64,000 nucleotides of DNA from the NCBI GenBank assembly GCA_019634385.1, contig JAHQVK010000175.1, positions 333 to 64,332 of the forward strand. The letters are read 5' to 3'. This DNA comes from Myxococcales bacterium (lineage in GTDB: Bacteria > Myxococcota > Kuafuiibacteriia > Kuafuiibacteriales > Kuafuiibacteriaceae). A program made the translations under genes and the position numbers. The notes under the pieces were generated by a model. That model was given only the letters and a program-made list of their open reading frames with translations. It had not been told where the DNA came from and did no database searches. Below, one piece after another: positions 37,160-46,321 of this stretch; positions within the stretch are counted from its first letter, which is position 1; every line of letters begins with the position of its first letter.

Positions 37160-38740
37160 GTGGATGCTAAAGCCACCCGGCCGCTTGGTACAAGCTGGTT
37201 ACGAGGTGAACCAGAAGCTCAACCTTTTCTACCACAAATCTACACAGACTCTGTTCAGCGCAGGCTGTCTGTGAATCGAGCTGCCAGGGTTTGTGCGGAA
37301 TCGAAGGCTGTTTTGGCTTTGAGGGAGAGTTGGGACTCTAGCCGACCAAGAGCGCTGGAGGCTTGGGGGCGGTTGGCTGCGGGGCAGGCCACAGTGGTGA
37401 TTACTGGTCAGCAAGCGGGTCTTCTACTTGGTCCAAGGTATACTTTTCATAAAGCGCTGAGCGCAATTCTCATTGCCCAAGCGCTCGAAGCAGAAACCAG
37501 AGTACCGTGCGTGCCGGTTTTTTGGGTTCAAGACGAAGATCACGATTTTCCAGAAGTTGCCAGTTACGCCTGGATAACTCGTGCAGGGAAGCTCCGGCAC
37601 TATCAGTTATCTGACGAACAGCCGCGAGTTCCAGTTGGAGATCGTCAAATCCCGACTTCGATTCACAAAGTCTTGGACGCTTTGGAGGCTGACCTTTCAG
37701 GAGAGCCGTTTGCGGATGAAGCTTTTGCGTTGACTCAAATCTGGCGAGATCGGTCATCTTGGTCTGAAGCGTTTTGCGAAACTCTAGTTGAGGTCTTTCG
37801 GGATGAACCGCTGCTGGTGATAAGAGGGCGCAGCAATGAGATGAGTGCGCTTGCACAGAGTTATCATCACCTAGCGCTCGAAGAACGAGAACCAGTGGAG
37901 ACTTGTCTTCGTGAACAAACTTCTCGAATTGAGGCGGCTGGGTTTAAGATTCAGGTCCCGATTGTCACAAAGCGCTTCTTGTCTTTTTACCAGCCGGACG
38001 GTGTTGGCTCACCAAGATATCGCTTTGATGTTACTCCGAACGGTTGCCTCAGAATACGTGATCGAACGTGGACCTTGCCGGAGATCCTTGAAAGCTTGCA
38101 CAAGGAACCACAACGGTTTAGCACCTCCGCCTTGCTCCGCCCCATTGTTCAAGACGGTGTCTTCCCGGTAGTTGCTCAGATTGTTGGTCCAGGCGAGGCA
38201 TCGTATTTGGCGCAGCTAGAACCTACTAGGCAGTTGTTTGGGGTTCCAACTCCGATGGTCATCCCACGTGGCCAGGCCCGATGGATTGAGCCTCCTGTAC
38301 GCCGGTGCTTAATGGCGATGCACGCAACTGCTGACGAGGTCTGTGGAGATCGGTACGCGTTTCTGACCCGGCGCTCGACAATATCCTCGTCACCAGAACG
38401 CCTTAGGGAGCAGGTGTTGGGGGTCCTTAGTGAACATCTTCTTAACTTTGGTGAGCTCTCACCGGTCTTAGATAAAGCTAGACGTAGAACGTTCCGAAGT
38501 GTTCAGAGGAATATCGACCGGTTTGTGGGACAGATGACACGCCAGTTAGCGACACAAGATCAGCTGGCGGTTTGGCGTCTATCTGTCGCTAGGACTGCAT
38601 TACTCCCTAAGCAACACCCGCAGGAACGATTTCTTGGCATATTGGACCTGGTAGCTCGCTATGGCTCGGCTCAGCTCAAGCACCAGTTTAAGGCGGAGTA
38701 CCAACCATACACCCATCAAAAAATGGAGTTCACTCTGTGA
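37160..38740 (+). CDS. bshC: bacillithiol biosynthesis protein BshC
   Basis: TGQQAGL, PVFWVQDEDHD, STSALLRPIVQD, GPGEASY and PQER motifs. Confidence 0.88.
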   Translation: MDAKATRPLGTSWLRGEPEAQPFLPQIYTDSVQRRLSVNRAARVCAESKAVLALRESWDSSRPRALEAWGRLAAGQATVVITGQQAGLLLGPRYTFHKALSAILIAQALEAETRVPCVPVFWVQDEDHDFPEVASYAWITRAGKLRHYQLSDEQPRVPVGDRQIPTSIHKVLDALEADLSGEPFADEAFALTQIWRDRSSWSEAFCETLVEVFRDEPLLVIRGRSNEMSALAQSYHHLALEEREPVETCLREQTSRIEAAGFKIQVPIVTKRFLSFYQPDGVGSPRYRFDVTPNGCLRIRDRTWTLPEILESLHKEPQRFSTSALLRPIVQDGVFPVVAQIVGPGEASYLAQLEPTRQLFGVPTPMVIPRGQARWIEPPVRRCLMAMHATADEVCGDRYAFLTRRSTISSSPERLREQVLGVLSEHLLNFGELSPVLDKARRRTFRSVQRNIDRFVGQMTRQLATQDQLAVWRLSVARTALLPKQHPQERFLGILDLVARYGSAQLKHQFKAEYQPYTHQKMEFTL

Positions 38741-39861
38741 CACGACAACGTTTTGGTATAGCCACCGTCTGTTTGTCTGGAGTGGGGGGTAGTGGCATTG
38801 TAGCCGCAGAAGTAGCTATCGGCTTAGCGCAACGCGGTCATCGCGTACATGTTATTTCGGACCGGCTACCATTTCGCGGTAAAGAACTTGCAGAGGCCGG
38901 TGTACGGCTCCATGAGGCGCATCTGCCGCATTCCCCATCTTTGGTTTACCCCCCTATCACTTTGGCACTTGCCTCTACGTTGGCTGAGGTTGTTGCTCAA
39001 GAAAAGCTTGATCGAATTCATGTTCATTATGCGTTACCCAATGCGGTAGTTGCACAGCTTGCTAGGAGTGTTCTTGGGCCCGAAGCTCCGCGCTCGATAG
39101 TGACATTGCATGGCACCGATGTATCTCCGCTTGGTGGGGATCCGGCTTACTGGCCAGTATTGCGGCGGGCTCTCTCTGACGCATCAATACTTACAACTCC
39201 TTCTCAGTATTTGGCGGATCAAGTATCGGACATTTTTAAGCTTCCGAATACCCATCAGCCGTGGGTTATTCCTAATTTTGTTGATGTTTCTCGTTACGCT
39301 GGAGGTCCCGATCTATTGGAGCGTTCGTTCACTGTTATCCATGCGTCAAACTTTCGACCAGTGAAGCGAGCCTTGGATGCTGTGCTAGCGTTTGCCCGTT
39401 TGGCTAAGGTTGAGCCCGCTCGTATGATAATGGTAGGTGACGGGCCACAGCAACCAGAGGCTAGAGCGTTGGTGGACAAACTGGGTCTGTTGGACCAAGT
39501 ACGGTTTGTGGGGGTGCACAACCAAATAGTAACTTTTCTGCGGGAAAGCGACGTAGCATTGATGCCTAGTGCTAGCGAAAGTTTTGGACTATTTGCGCTG
39601 GAGGCCTTGGGTGCGGGTCTGCCGGTGGTGGCGTCGCGAGTGGGAGGGCTGACCACTGTCGTTCGTGAAGGTGAGACCGGTCTACTTGCTGAGGTTGGAG
39701 ATATAAACGGTTTTGGGCAGTGTTTGATTCATCTGGCTCGGAATGCTTCCTTGCGACGCCAGTTGGGTAGAGCTGGAAGGATAGATGTGGAACGTAGGTT
39801 TCATCCTAATGTGGCTATTGATAGATATGAGTCAGCAATAGAAGCAGTGGATAAGGTATAA
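38737..39861 (+). CDS. bshA: N-acetyl-alpha-D-glucosaminyl L-malate synthase BshA
   Basis: GGSGIVA, HVHYALP, TLHGTD, HASNFRPVKR and ESFGLFALEA motifs; next to bshC. Confidence 0.88.
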   Translation: MTRQRFGIATVCLSGVGGSGIVAAEVAIGLAQRGHRVHVISDRLPFRGKELAEAGVRLHEAHLPHSPSLVYPPITLALASTLAEVVAQEKLDRIHVHYALPNAVVAQLARSVLGPEAPRSIVTLHGTDVSPLGGDPAYWPVLRRALSDASILTTPSQYLADQVSDIFKLPNTHQPWVIPNFVDVSRYAGGPDLLERSFTVIHASNFRPVKRALDAVLAFARLAKVEPARMIMVGDGPQQPEARALVDKLGLLDQVRFVGVHNQIVTFLRESDVALMPSASESFGLFALEALGAGLPVVASRVGGLTTVVREGETGLLAEVGDINGFGQCLIHLARNASLRRQLGRAGRIDVERRFHPNVAIDRYESAIEAVDKV

Positions 39862-39867
39862 GGTATC

Positions 39868-42333
39868 GTGAGGGAAATGATGGTTTTGGGGTTGTTGACG
39901 GCGATGACTTCTGGGTCCGCGGCAGAGATTGCTCACCGGCTAGAGCGACTACGAAGTCCGGTGAGAGTACTTTATGTCGCTGCACATCCGGATGATGAGA
40001 ATACTCAGTTGTTGACCTGGTTGTCTCGTGGACGTAAGGTCCGAGCGGCATATCTATCACTTACTAGGGGAGATGGGGGACAAAATCTAATAGGTCCCGA
40101 ACAGCGTCCTCTGTTGGGAGTTATGCGAACCCACGAGTTACTTGCCGCTCGTAAACTGGATGGGGCCGAACAGCTGTTTACTCGCCTGCGAGACTTTGGC
40201 TACTCAAAATCTGCGGATGAGTCTCTAAAGAGGTGGGGGGAAGAGTTTGCACTTTCCGAAGTAGTCTATGCATTTCGGTCGTTTCGACCCCACGTAGTTA
40301 TAACGCGGTTTCCGGAAGTTGGTGACACTCATGGGCATCATTTGGCTTCGGCCCAGCTTGCCCGTCGGGCTATGCAAGCAGCCAATGATCCAAAAATGTT
40401 TCCCGAGCAACTTACTCGAGGATTGAAGCCATGGAAGACTCACCGTCTATTTTATAACTTCCCCCATTTTTTTCGGCGAAGAGGTGTGATGCCACCCCCC
40501 GACTCGAAGTATGAGATCGATATTGGGGGCTATGATTCCTGGTTGGGACAGTCGTACGGCGAGATATCAGCTCTGTCGCGGTCGATGCACAAGAGTCAGG
40601 GATTTGGCGCAAGTGCTCGTATTGGACCGTGGAAGGAGACCTTGGTTCTTCTTGAGGGATCTCGTCCGCAACAAGATGACCCGCTATCTGGATTACCCAC
40701 CTGGATGACCGTGCCCGGCGGTGGACCATTCGCGGAGGCGATCGAGCAAGCAAACCGGGCCATGGATGGTCGACTGCCATCAGCTGTGATTCCTTGGCTT
40801 GGAAAGGCTCACAAAGCAACCGAGGGTATAAAAGACCCGATCTTGCGAGAAGAGCTTCGTGCGGCAGTCGAGTCACTACTCATAGATGCTGCTGGATTAC
40901 ACCTCGAAGCGCGGACAGAGAGTGCTGAAGTTGAACCAGGTGCTAGGGTATCGATCGAGGTGCAGGCTTTAGCACGAACACCTGGAGCAAGTGTTGTTCT
41001 TAGGAAGGTCTCGGGTCCTGGGTTTGAAGATATTCCTCGGATGGTTCTCGATGGAAAGAATGTCTATCGTTTTCAGGCCTCAGTAGAGGCTGATGCGTCA
41101 ATGGGACCGACCCGGCCGCACTGGTTGGAAGTACCTGCTACACCCGCTCGGTATATGAGTCCCGAAATAGACCATGCGCAGCAACCCACAGTACCTGCTC
41201 CGTTCCAGGTTGCATTTGAAGTAGGTATCGGAGGCGTTGGGGTTCGAGCCGAGCGCCCGATACAGCGTCATTGGGTAGATCCGGTTGAAGGGGAGCGTAC
41301 GGAAGCCTTGGAAGTGGCTCCAGCGGTGAGTGTTACTCCGGAGGTTGGCGTGGTGGTGGTTCCAAAAGGTCGAGGTCAGTCGCTGTCGGTTGAAGTTCGG
41401 GCTGGGCCCAGAGGGTTCTCGGGTACCATCGGCTGGCAGGGGGCGGACGGGGCGATTACTCCGGAAAGGCAAAGAGCAACGCTTAAGCCAGGAGCCGTGA
41501 CTCGTCTAGAGTTCCAGGTTCTCGGATCATTGCGGGCGCGCAGCTCAGTAAGAGGGACCTTTGCCGGTGATGGAAAGAAGCCCCAGCCGGCGTGGACCCG
41601 GCAGGTGATTGACCATTCTCATATTTCTCGGATGACTTACCGGTCACCCTCCGCTGTAGAATTGGTCCCGGCTGAACTTTCCGTGCCGGAGGGGCTTTTT
41701 GGTTATGTCCCCGGCTCAGGTGACGTGGTGGCTCCGATTTTGGCTCGATTGGGGCTTAATTTAGAAACCCTGGATGACCAGGCGTTGCTAAATGGTGAGC
41801 TTAACCGTTTTCGAGCCATACTGCTTGGTATCCGAGCGTTTAACGTCAACCAAAGTTTACTCCGAGCTCGGGATAAACTTATGAATTATGTGAGGCAGGG
41901 CGGCACGCTAGTTGTCCAATATAATACCAAAAATTGGTCGTCAAAATTGGATGTGGCCTTTGGTCCGTATCCTATATCTATCTCAAGATTGCGCGTGACT
42001 GATGAAGGAGCATCGGTAAATATTTTAGCACCAGAGCATTTTCTTTTGACCACTCCGCACCAGATTACGAACAAAGACTTTGATGGTTGGATACAAGAGC
42101 GAGGTTTATATTTTGCTGAGTCTTGGAATAAGGCTTATATACCGCTGTTTTCGATGAATGACCCCGGCGAAAGTCCTTGTGAAGGGAGCACATTGTATGC
42201 GCCATATGGCAAGGGGCATTACATTTTCTCTGGCCTCTCTTTTTTTCGTCAACTACCAGCTGGTAACGCGGGAGCTCTTCGACTGCTCATCAATTTTCTT
42301 GAAGCCAGTCGTTCGCAAGGAGAGAAATCATGA
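39868..42333 (+). CDS. long PIG-L/LmbE-family deacetylase
   Basis: AHPDDE, TRGDGGQN and HGHH motifs plus large C-terminal domains. Confidence 0.85.
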   Translation: MREMMVLGLLTAMTSGSAAEIAHRLERLRSPVRVLYVAAHPDDENTQLLTWLSRGRKVRAAYLSLTRGDGGQNLIGPEQRPLLGVMRTHELLAARKLDGAEQLFTRLRDFGYSKSADESLKRWGEEFALSEVVYAFRSFRPHVVITRFPEVGDTHGHHLASAQLARRAMQAANDPKMFPEQLTRGLKPWKTHRLFYNFPHFFRRRGVMPPPDSKYEIDIGGYDSWLGQSYGEISALSRSMHKSQGFGASARIGPWKETLVLLEGSRPQQDDPLSGLPTWMTVPGGGPFAEAIEQANRAMDGRLPSAVIPWLGKAHKATEGIKDPILREELRAAVESLLIDAAGLHLEARTESAEVEPGARVSIEVQALARTPGASVVLRKVSGPGFEDIPRMVLDGKNVYRFQASVEADASMGPTRPHWLEVPATPARYMSPEIDHAQQPTVPAPFQVAFEVGIGGVGVRAERPIQRHWVDPVEGERTEALEVAPAVSVTPEVGVVVVPKGRGQSLSVEVRAGPRGFSGTIGWQGADGAITPERQRATLKPGAVTRLEFQVLGSLRARSSVRGTFAGDGKKPQPAWTRQVIDHSHISRMTYRSPSAVELVPAELSVPEGLFGYVPGSGDVVAPILARLGLNLETLDDQALLNGELNRFRAILLGIRAFNVNQSLLRARDKLMNYVRQGGTLVVQYNTKNWSSKLDVAFGPYPISISRLRVTDEGASVNILAPEHFLLTTPHQITNKDFDGWIQERGLYFAESWNKAYIPLFSMNDPGESPCEGSTLYAPYGKGHYIFSGLSFFRQLPAGNAGALRLLINFLEASRSQGEKS

Positions 42334-42464
42334 GGTCGGTAAATGGAGAAGAAGAACCGCCGCCGTCGGTGCTTGGGTCTTGGGTGCAACTATATATACT
42401 TGAAATCGTCGTATTGGTGGTTCTAGTGGCTCTTTTTGTTGGGATTGGACGATATTACCAATGA
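42330..42464 (+). CDS. small single-TM protein (44 aa), absent from the ORF track
   Basis: MRSVNGEEEPPPSVLGSWVQLYILEIVVLVVLVALFVGIGRYYQ; ATGA overlaps at both ends. Confidence 0.75.
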   Translation: MRSVNGEEEPPPSVLGSWVQLYILEIVVLVVLVALFVGIGRYYQ

Positions 42465-44143
42465 CCGCTATCGATTGGGGTGTTCTTGTAGGCACGATTT
42501 TGGCGATTGTTTTCTATGGGATATGGGCTTCACGACGAACTAATACGGTTGAAGCATATCTTCGCGGTAGCGGGCAGTTTGGGTGGATGACGATTGGGTT
42601 GTCTGTTATGGCAACCCAAGCGAGTGCCATAACGTTCTTGTCTACTCCAGGGAAAGCCTTCGAAGATGGCATGGGCTTCATACAGTTCTACTTAGGTCTG
42701 CCTTTAGCCACGATCGTTGTTTCTGCTGTTTTTATTCCTATGTTCTATCGGTTAGAAGTATATACAGCATATGAATACCTGGAGAAGCGATTCGACCTAA
42801 GAATGCGGCTCATTGGTGCAGCTATTTTTCTCGTTAGCCGAGGTATTGCAACTGGGTTTACAATATATGCCCCGGCGATAATACTATCATCGATATTGGG
42901 TTGGTCGTTGAACCTTTTGATCGTCGTCATTGGAACCTTGGTGATCGTGTATACGGTATCGGGGGGTACAACCGCAGTTAGCTACACTCAGAAGCAGCAA
43001 ATGATTGTGATTATGCTAGGTATGATATTGGCGGCGGGTACGCTTGTCTGGGCTCTACCGTCAGGCGTTGATGTAGATAGTGCAACAGCGGTGGCTGGTG
43101 CACTAGGGCGGATGCAGTTCATAAATTTTGAGTTGGATTTTCAGGAACGCTATAACCTTTGGTCTGGCCTGATTGGTGGATTTTTTCTGCAACTTTCGTA
43201 TTTTGGCACCGACCAGTCCCAGGTTCAGCGATATATTGCTGGGAGATCCCTTGTAGCGGGGCGCTTGGGGTTGTTGTTTAATGGATTCGTAAAGATTCCG
43301 ATGCAGGCATTTATTCTGTATGTCGGTATTTTACTTTTCGTATTTCACATCTTTGTTCGCGGACCAGTGTTCTTTGATGATGTTCGGTGGAGCCAAGTAG
43401 ATGAAGGCCGTCGAACCGAGATTGAGGAGGCGTTTGACGAGGCGTTCGTCGTCAGGAAATCAGCCGCCTTGGCCTATGTTCAGGCTCGCAAGCAAAGGCA
43501 AGACGTGGGTTTTTTTGCGGAACGCTTGCAAGTGGCGCAAGGAGAGGTGCAGCGCGTTCGCGAGCAGGCTAAGGCCTTGATTTCTTCTTCAGGGGTTGCG
43601 GACAATGACGGGGACTATATCTTTGTTCAATTTGTGCTCTCGACGTTGCCGCGAGGGCTGGTGGGATTGCTCATTGCGGTGATCCTATCCGCGGCGATGT
43701 CAAGCACCGCGAGTGAGTTGAATGCGCTAGGCACCACGACAATGGTTGATGTCTTCAAGCGGCTGGGCTGGGTGGGGGGTTCCGAAGCCCGAATGTTGTT
43801 GGTTTCTAAGGGACTTACGGCGTTTTGGGGTGTGGCGGCGATCGCTTTTGCCGCTTTCGCTAGTTTGTTTGACAACTTGATTGAGGTTGTTAACTTACTC
43901 GGATCCATATTTTACGGTCCAGTGTTGGGCATTTTCATCGTGGCCTTCTTTCTCAAGAGGGTCAAAGGGCGATCCGTTTTTGTGGGCACTCTCATTGGCC
44001 AGCTGATGGTGTTCGTGTTGCTTGGGATGGGGCAGCTCAGCTATTTGTGGTTCAACGTGGCTGGGTGCTTAGTGGTAGTGATGGTTGCTTGGAGTGTCGA
44101 GCGTGTTCTGCCTCAGCCAGTGATGTCGTCAGAGGCAGGGTAG
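42461..44143 (+). CDS. sodium:solute symporter
   Basis: SVMATQASAITF, YEYLEKRF, GTDQSQVQRY and SAAMSS motifs; many TM helices. Confidence 0.92.
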   Translation: MTAIDWGVLVGTILAIVFYGIWASRRTNTVEAYLRGSGQFGWMTIGLSVMATQASAITFLSTPGKAFEDGMGFIQFYLGLPLATIVVSAVFIPMFYRLEVYTAYEYLEKRFDLRMRLIGAAIFLVSRGIATGFTIYAPAIILSSILGWSLNLLIVVIGTLVIVYTVSGGTTAVSYTQKQQMIVIMLGMILAAGTLVWALPSGVDVDSATAVAGALGRMQFINFELDFQERYNLWSGLIGGFFLQLSYFGTDQSQVQRYIAGRSLVAGRLGLLFNGFVKIPMQAFILYVGILLFVFHIFVRGPVFFDDVRWSQVDEGRRTEIEEAFDEAFVVRKSAALAYVQARKQRQDVGFFAERLQVAQGEVQRVREQAKALISSSGVADNDGDYIFVQFVLSTLPRGLVGLLIAVILSAAMSSTASELNALGTTTMVDVFKRLGWVGGSEARMLLVSKGLTAFWGVAAIAFAAFASLFDNLIEVVNLLGSIFYGPVLGIFIVAFFLKRVKGRSVFVGTLIGQLMVFVLLGMGQLSYLWFNVAGCLVVVMVAWSVERVLPQPVMSSEAG

Positions 44144-44733
44144 GAAAGGTTCGTAAACGATTGGCCTGGGTAGCAATACAGTCTAGGTCCTGCTTTGTGC
44201 TTCGCTTCATCCGGACTGGTCTCATCTTTTTGAGCGTGTGGGTACTCCAGGGGTGTTCGTCTCGCACTATGCCGGATGCAACCGACGAAGGGGAGCTTCT
44301 TTTGGTGGATGGTCCGGCGTTGAATCGGCGCATTGATGGGTTGGTAGGCTCACCAGCGGTAGTGGTTAACTTTTGGGCTACATGGTGCGAGCCGTGTCTT
44401 GAGGAGTTCCCAGGCTTTGTGAGTGTTGCCCGAGCGTATGCCTCAAAAGAGGTGAAAGTGCTCTTTGTGAGCATGGATTTTCCAGATGAGCAGGAGCCGG
44501 TGCTGGCCTTTCTTCGTGAGGCGGGTGCTTCATTACCAAGCTATCTTCGGCGGGGTAAAGATCATGACTTCATTATGACAGTCCATAGTTCTTGGTCGGG
44601 GGCGTTGCCCGCCACCCTCATATATGGATCCAAGAAAAAGATTCGCTACTTTTGGGAAGGAAAGGTCGACGAAGCCCAGCTACGTAAAGCTCTAGATGAG
44701 CTTATTGCTGAGGCTTCGGCTGATAGGAAATAA
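44047..44733 (+). CDS. TlpA-family thiol-disulfide oxidoreductase (lipoprotein)
   Basis: VVNFWATWCEPC and LQGC lipobox; true start probably downstream of 44143. Confidence 0.85.
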   Translation: MVQRGWVLSGSDGCLECRACSASASDVVRGRVGKVRKRLAWVAIQSRSCFVLRFIRTGLIFLSVWVLQGCSSRTMPDATDEGELLLVDGPALNRRIDGLVGSPAVVVNFWATWCEPCLEEFPGFVSVARAYASKEVKVLFVSMDFPDEQEPVLAFLREAGASLPSYLRRGKDHDFIMTVHSSWSGALPATLIYGSKKKIRYFWEGKVDEAQLRKALDELIAEASADRK

Positions 44734-44736
44734 ATC

Positions 44737-45483
44737 ATGAAATTATCTATGACGTCATTGATAGCAACGACCGGGCTGATGCTGAGTCTAGCATGCCAGA
44801 GCAACTCGGAGACTTCACATGAGGCGACTCATGTAGAGCCAGCGGCTGCTGCCGCCACTCAACCTTCGAGGAATTCTGCGGAGCATTCGAAAACGCCCTC
44901 TGGAGATACTCATGAGGCGAAAAAATATCGAGCGACTAGTAAATTAGCGATTGGTGATACCGCCCCAGCTAAAGATGTAGAGATGAAGAATGTAGATGGC
45001 CAGATGGTAACCATTGCTAAGGTTGCACAAAAAAAGGGAACGTTGGTTGTATTCACTTGTAACCATTGTCCTTTCGCTAAGGCTTGGGAGGGCCGCATCG
45101 CCGCTCTTGGTAATGAGTTTCTTTCTCAGGAGGTTGGGGTGATCGCGATTAATTCGAATGATCCCAAAAAGGCACCTGAGGACGGATTTTCAGCTATGCA
45201 AAAGCGTGCTCATGAATTGGGAATGAAGTTCCCATATGTTGTGGATGCTGACTCTGGAATGGCTCGAGCTTATGGCGCAACAAAAACTCCGGAGCTATTT
45301 CTCTTCGCTGGTGATGGCAAGCTTGTGTATCACGGGGCGGTTGATGATAATTCTCGAGAGCCTGACAAGGTGGAGTCACACTACCTTCGAGATGCCCTGC
45401 AAGCGCTCGTTGCAGGCCATCCTATTAAGCAACCGGTGACAAAGGCGGTGGGTTGCTCTATTAAACTTAGAGCACAGAGCTAG
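44737..45483 (+). CDS. AhpC/TSA-like thioredoxin-family lipoprotein
   Basis: FTCNHCPF, INSND, TPELF, YHGAVDD and GCSIK motifs; LSLAC lipobox. Confidence 0.88.
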   Translation: MKLSMTSLIATTGLMLSLACQSNSETSHEATHVEPAAAAATQPSRNSAEHSKTPSGDTHEAKKYRATSKLAIGDTAPAKDVEMKNVDGQMVTIAKVAQKKGTLVVFTCNHCPFAKAWEGRIAALGNEFLSQEVGVIAINSNDPKKAPEDGFSAMQKRAHELGMKFPYVVDADSGMARAYGATKTPELFLFAGDGKLVYHGAVDDNSREPDKVESHYLRDALQALVAGHPIKQPVTKAVGCSIKLRAQS

Positions 45484-45964
45484 GAGGTTTTTGGCTTTCT
45501 CCGCTGCCTATCATTTCAAAAAGATAGTTTGGAATACGACACAATATCTTTGCTAAGCGACGGAGGCCTTGGCAAACTGTGCTTATCGCTTCTTTGCCAA
45601 GACTGGTCCCTATTGACCGAAGGCCTGACCATAATCGTTTAATAAAATTGGGAGGTTGGGTTTTGTGTGCGGCCGGCGAGCGCGTTTCTTGGGCTTGCGG
45701 CTGGGCAGTGGGCATAGATAGAGTTTGTTCTGTGGATCTAGAGGCTAGGGAGGTTGTGATCCAATGATAGGTCGCGGTTGACGTTTCAGTATGGACGGGT
45801 GGTGGTGAGGAGGAGTAAACCGTGCGGGGGTTGATAGAGGTATCTGCAACATTGGTTGAAGTTGTTGTTGGTGTACCGGCTTTAGATGTAGAGTCGAAGC
45901 CGGAAATGGGACCGGGGAAGGTCGAGGACAGTGATGAGGTATCCACACTGAGGCTAGGAAACAA
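45467..45964 (-). CDS. Ser/Thr/Pro-rich hypothetical protein
   Basis: 165-aa low-complexity ORF with an amphipathic C-terminus. Confidence 0.35.
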   Translation of the reverse strand: MFPSLSVDTSSLSSTFPGPISGFDSTSKAGTPTTTSTNVADTSINPRTVYSSSPPPVHTETSTATYHWITTSLASRSTEQTLSMPTAQPQAQETRSPAAHKTQPPNFIKRLWSGLRSIGTSLGKEAISTVCQGLRRLAKILCRIPNYLFEMIGSGESQKPPSSVL

Positions 45965-46043
45965 TGTCTATGCCAACCCCAGAAATATATGAGATTTCAC
46001 TCTTTCGTTCAGATAGTTGGGTGTTAGCATTCGCCGAACGTGC

Positions 46044-46309
46044 TTATGGCGTGTCTTCAAATTCCGGCCCGCGTTCCTACTTATTTCCCACATGGGTGAG
46101 GGGTCGTTGGCTTCGCCCCCTTTCGGGCCCCTCGGTTAGGTACATCCCGTACCCTTCCTCCGGGGCCGGCCCTTCACAAACACGGGATACGTCGTCATCT
46201 CCGCAGTCGAAGTTTGAAGATGAATTGATTCTGTAAGAATCAACAAGTGGTCGCGCAGCGGGGTATAGTCCGGCGTAGAGGCTGGGTTCAACCCCAGTGA
46301 TTTCTGCTG
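46044..46309. mobile_element. truncated reverse family A fused to a truncated family C
   Basis: A-like sequence to about 46220 (terminal CACGCCCTAG missing), then C-like sequence ending GATTTCTGCTG. Confidence 0.7.
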
Positions 46310-46321
46310 AATTGTTGACGT

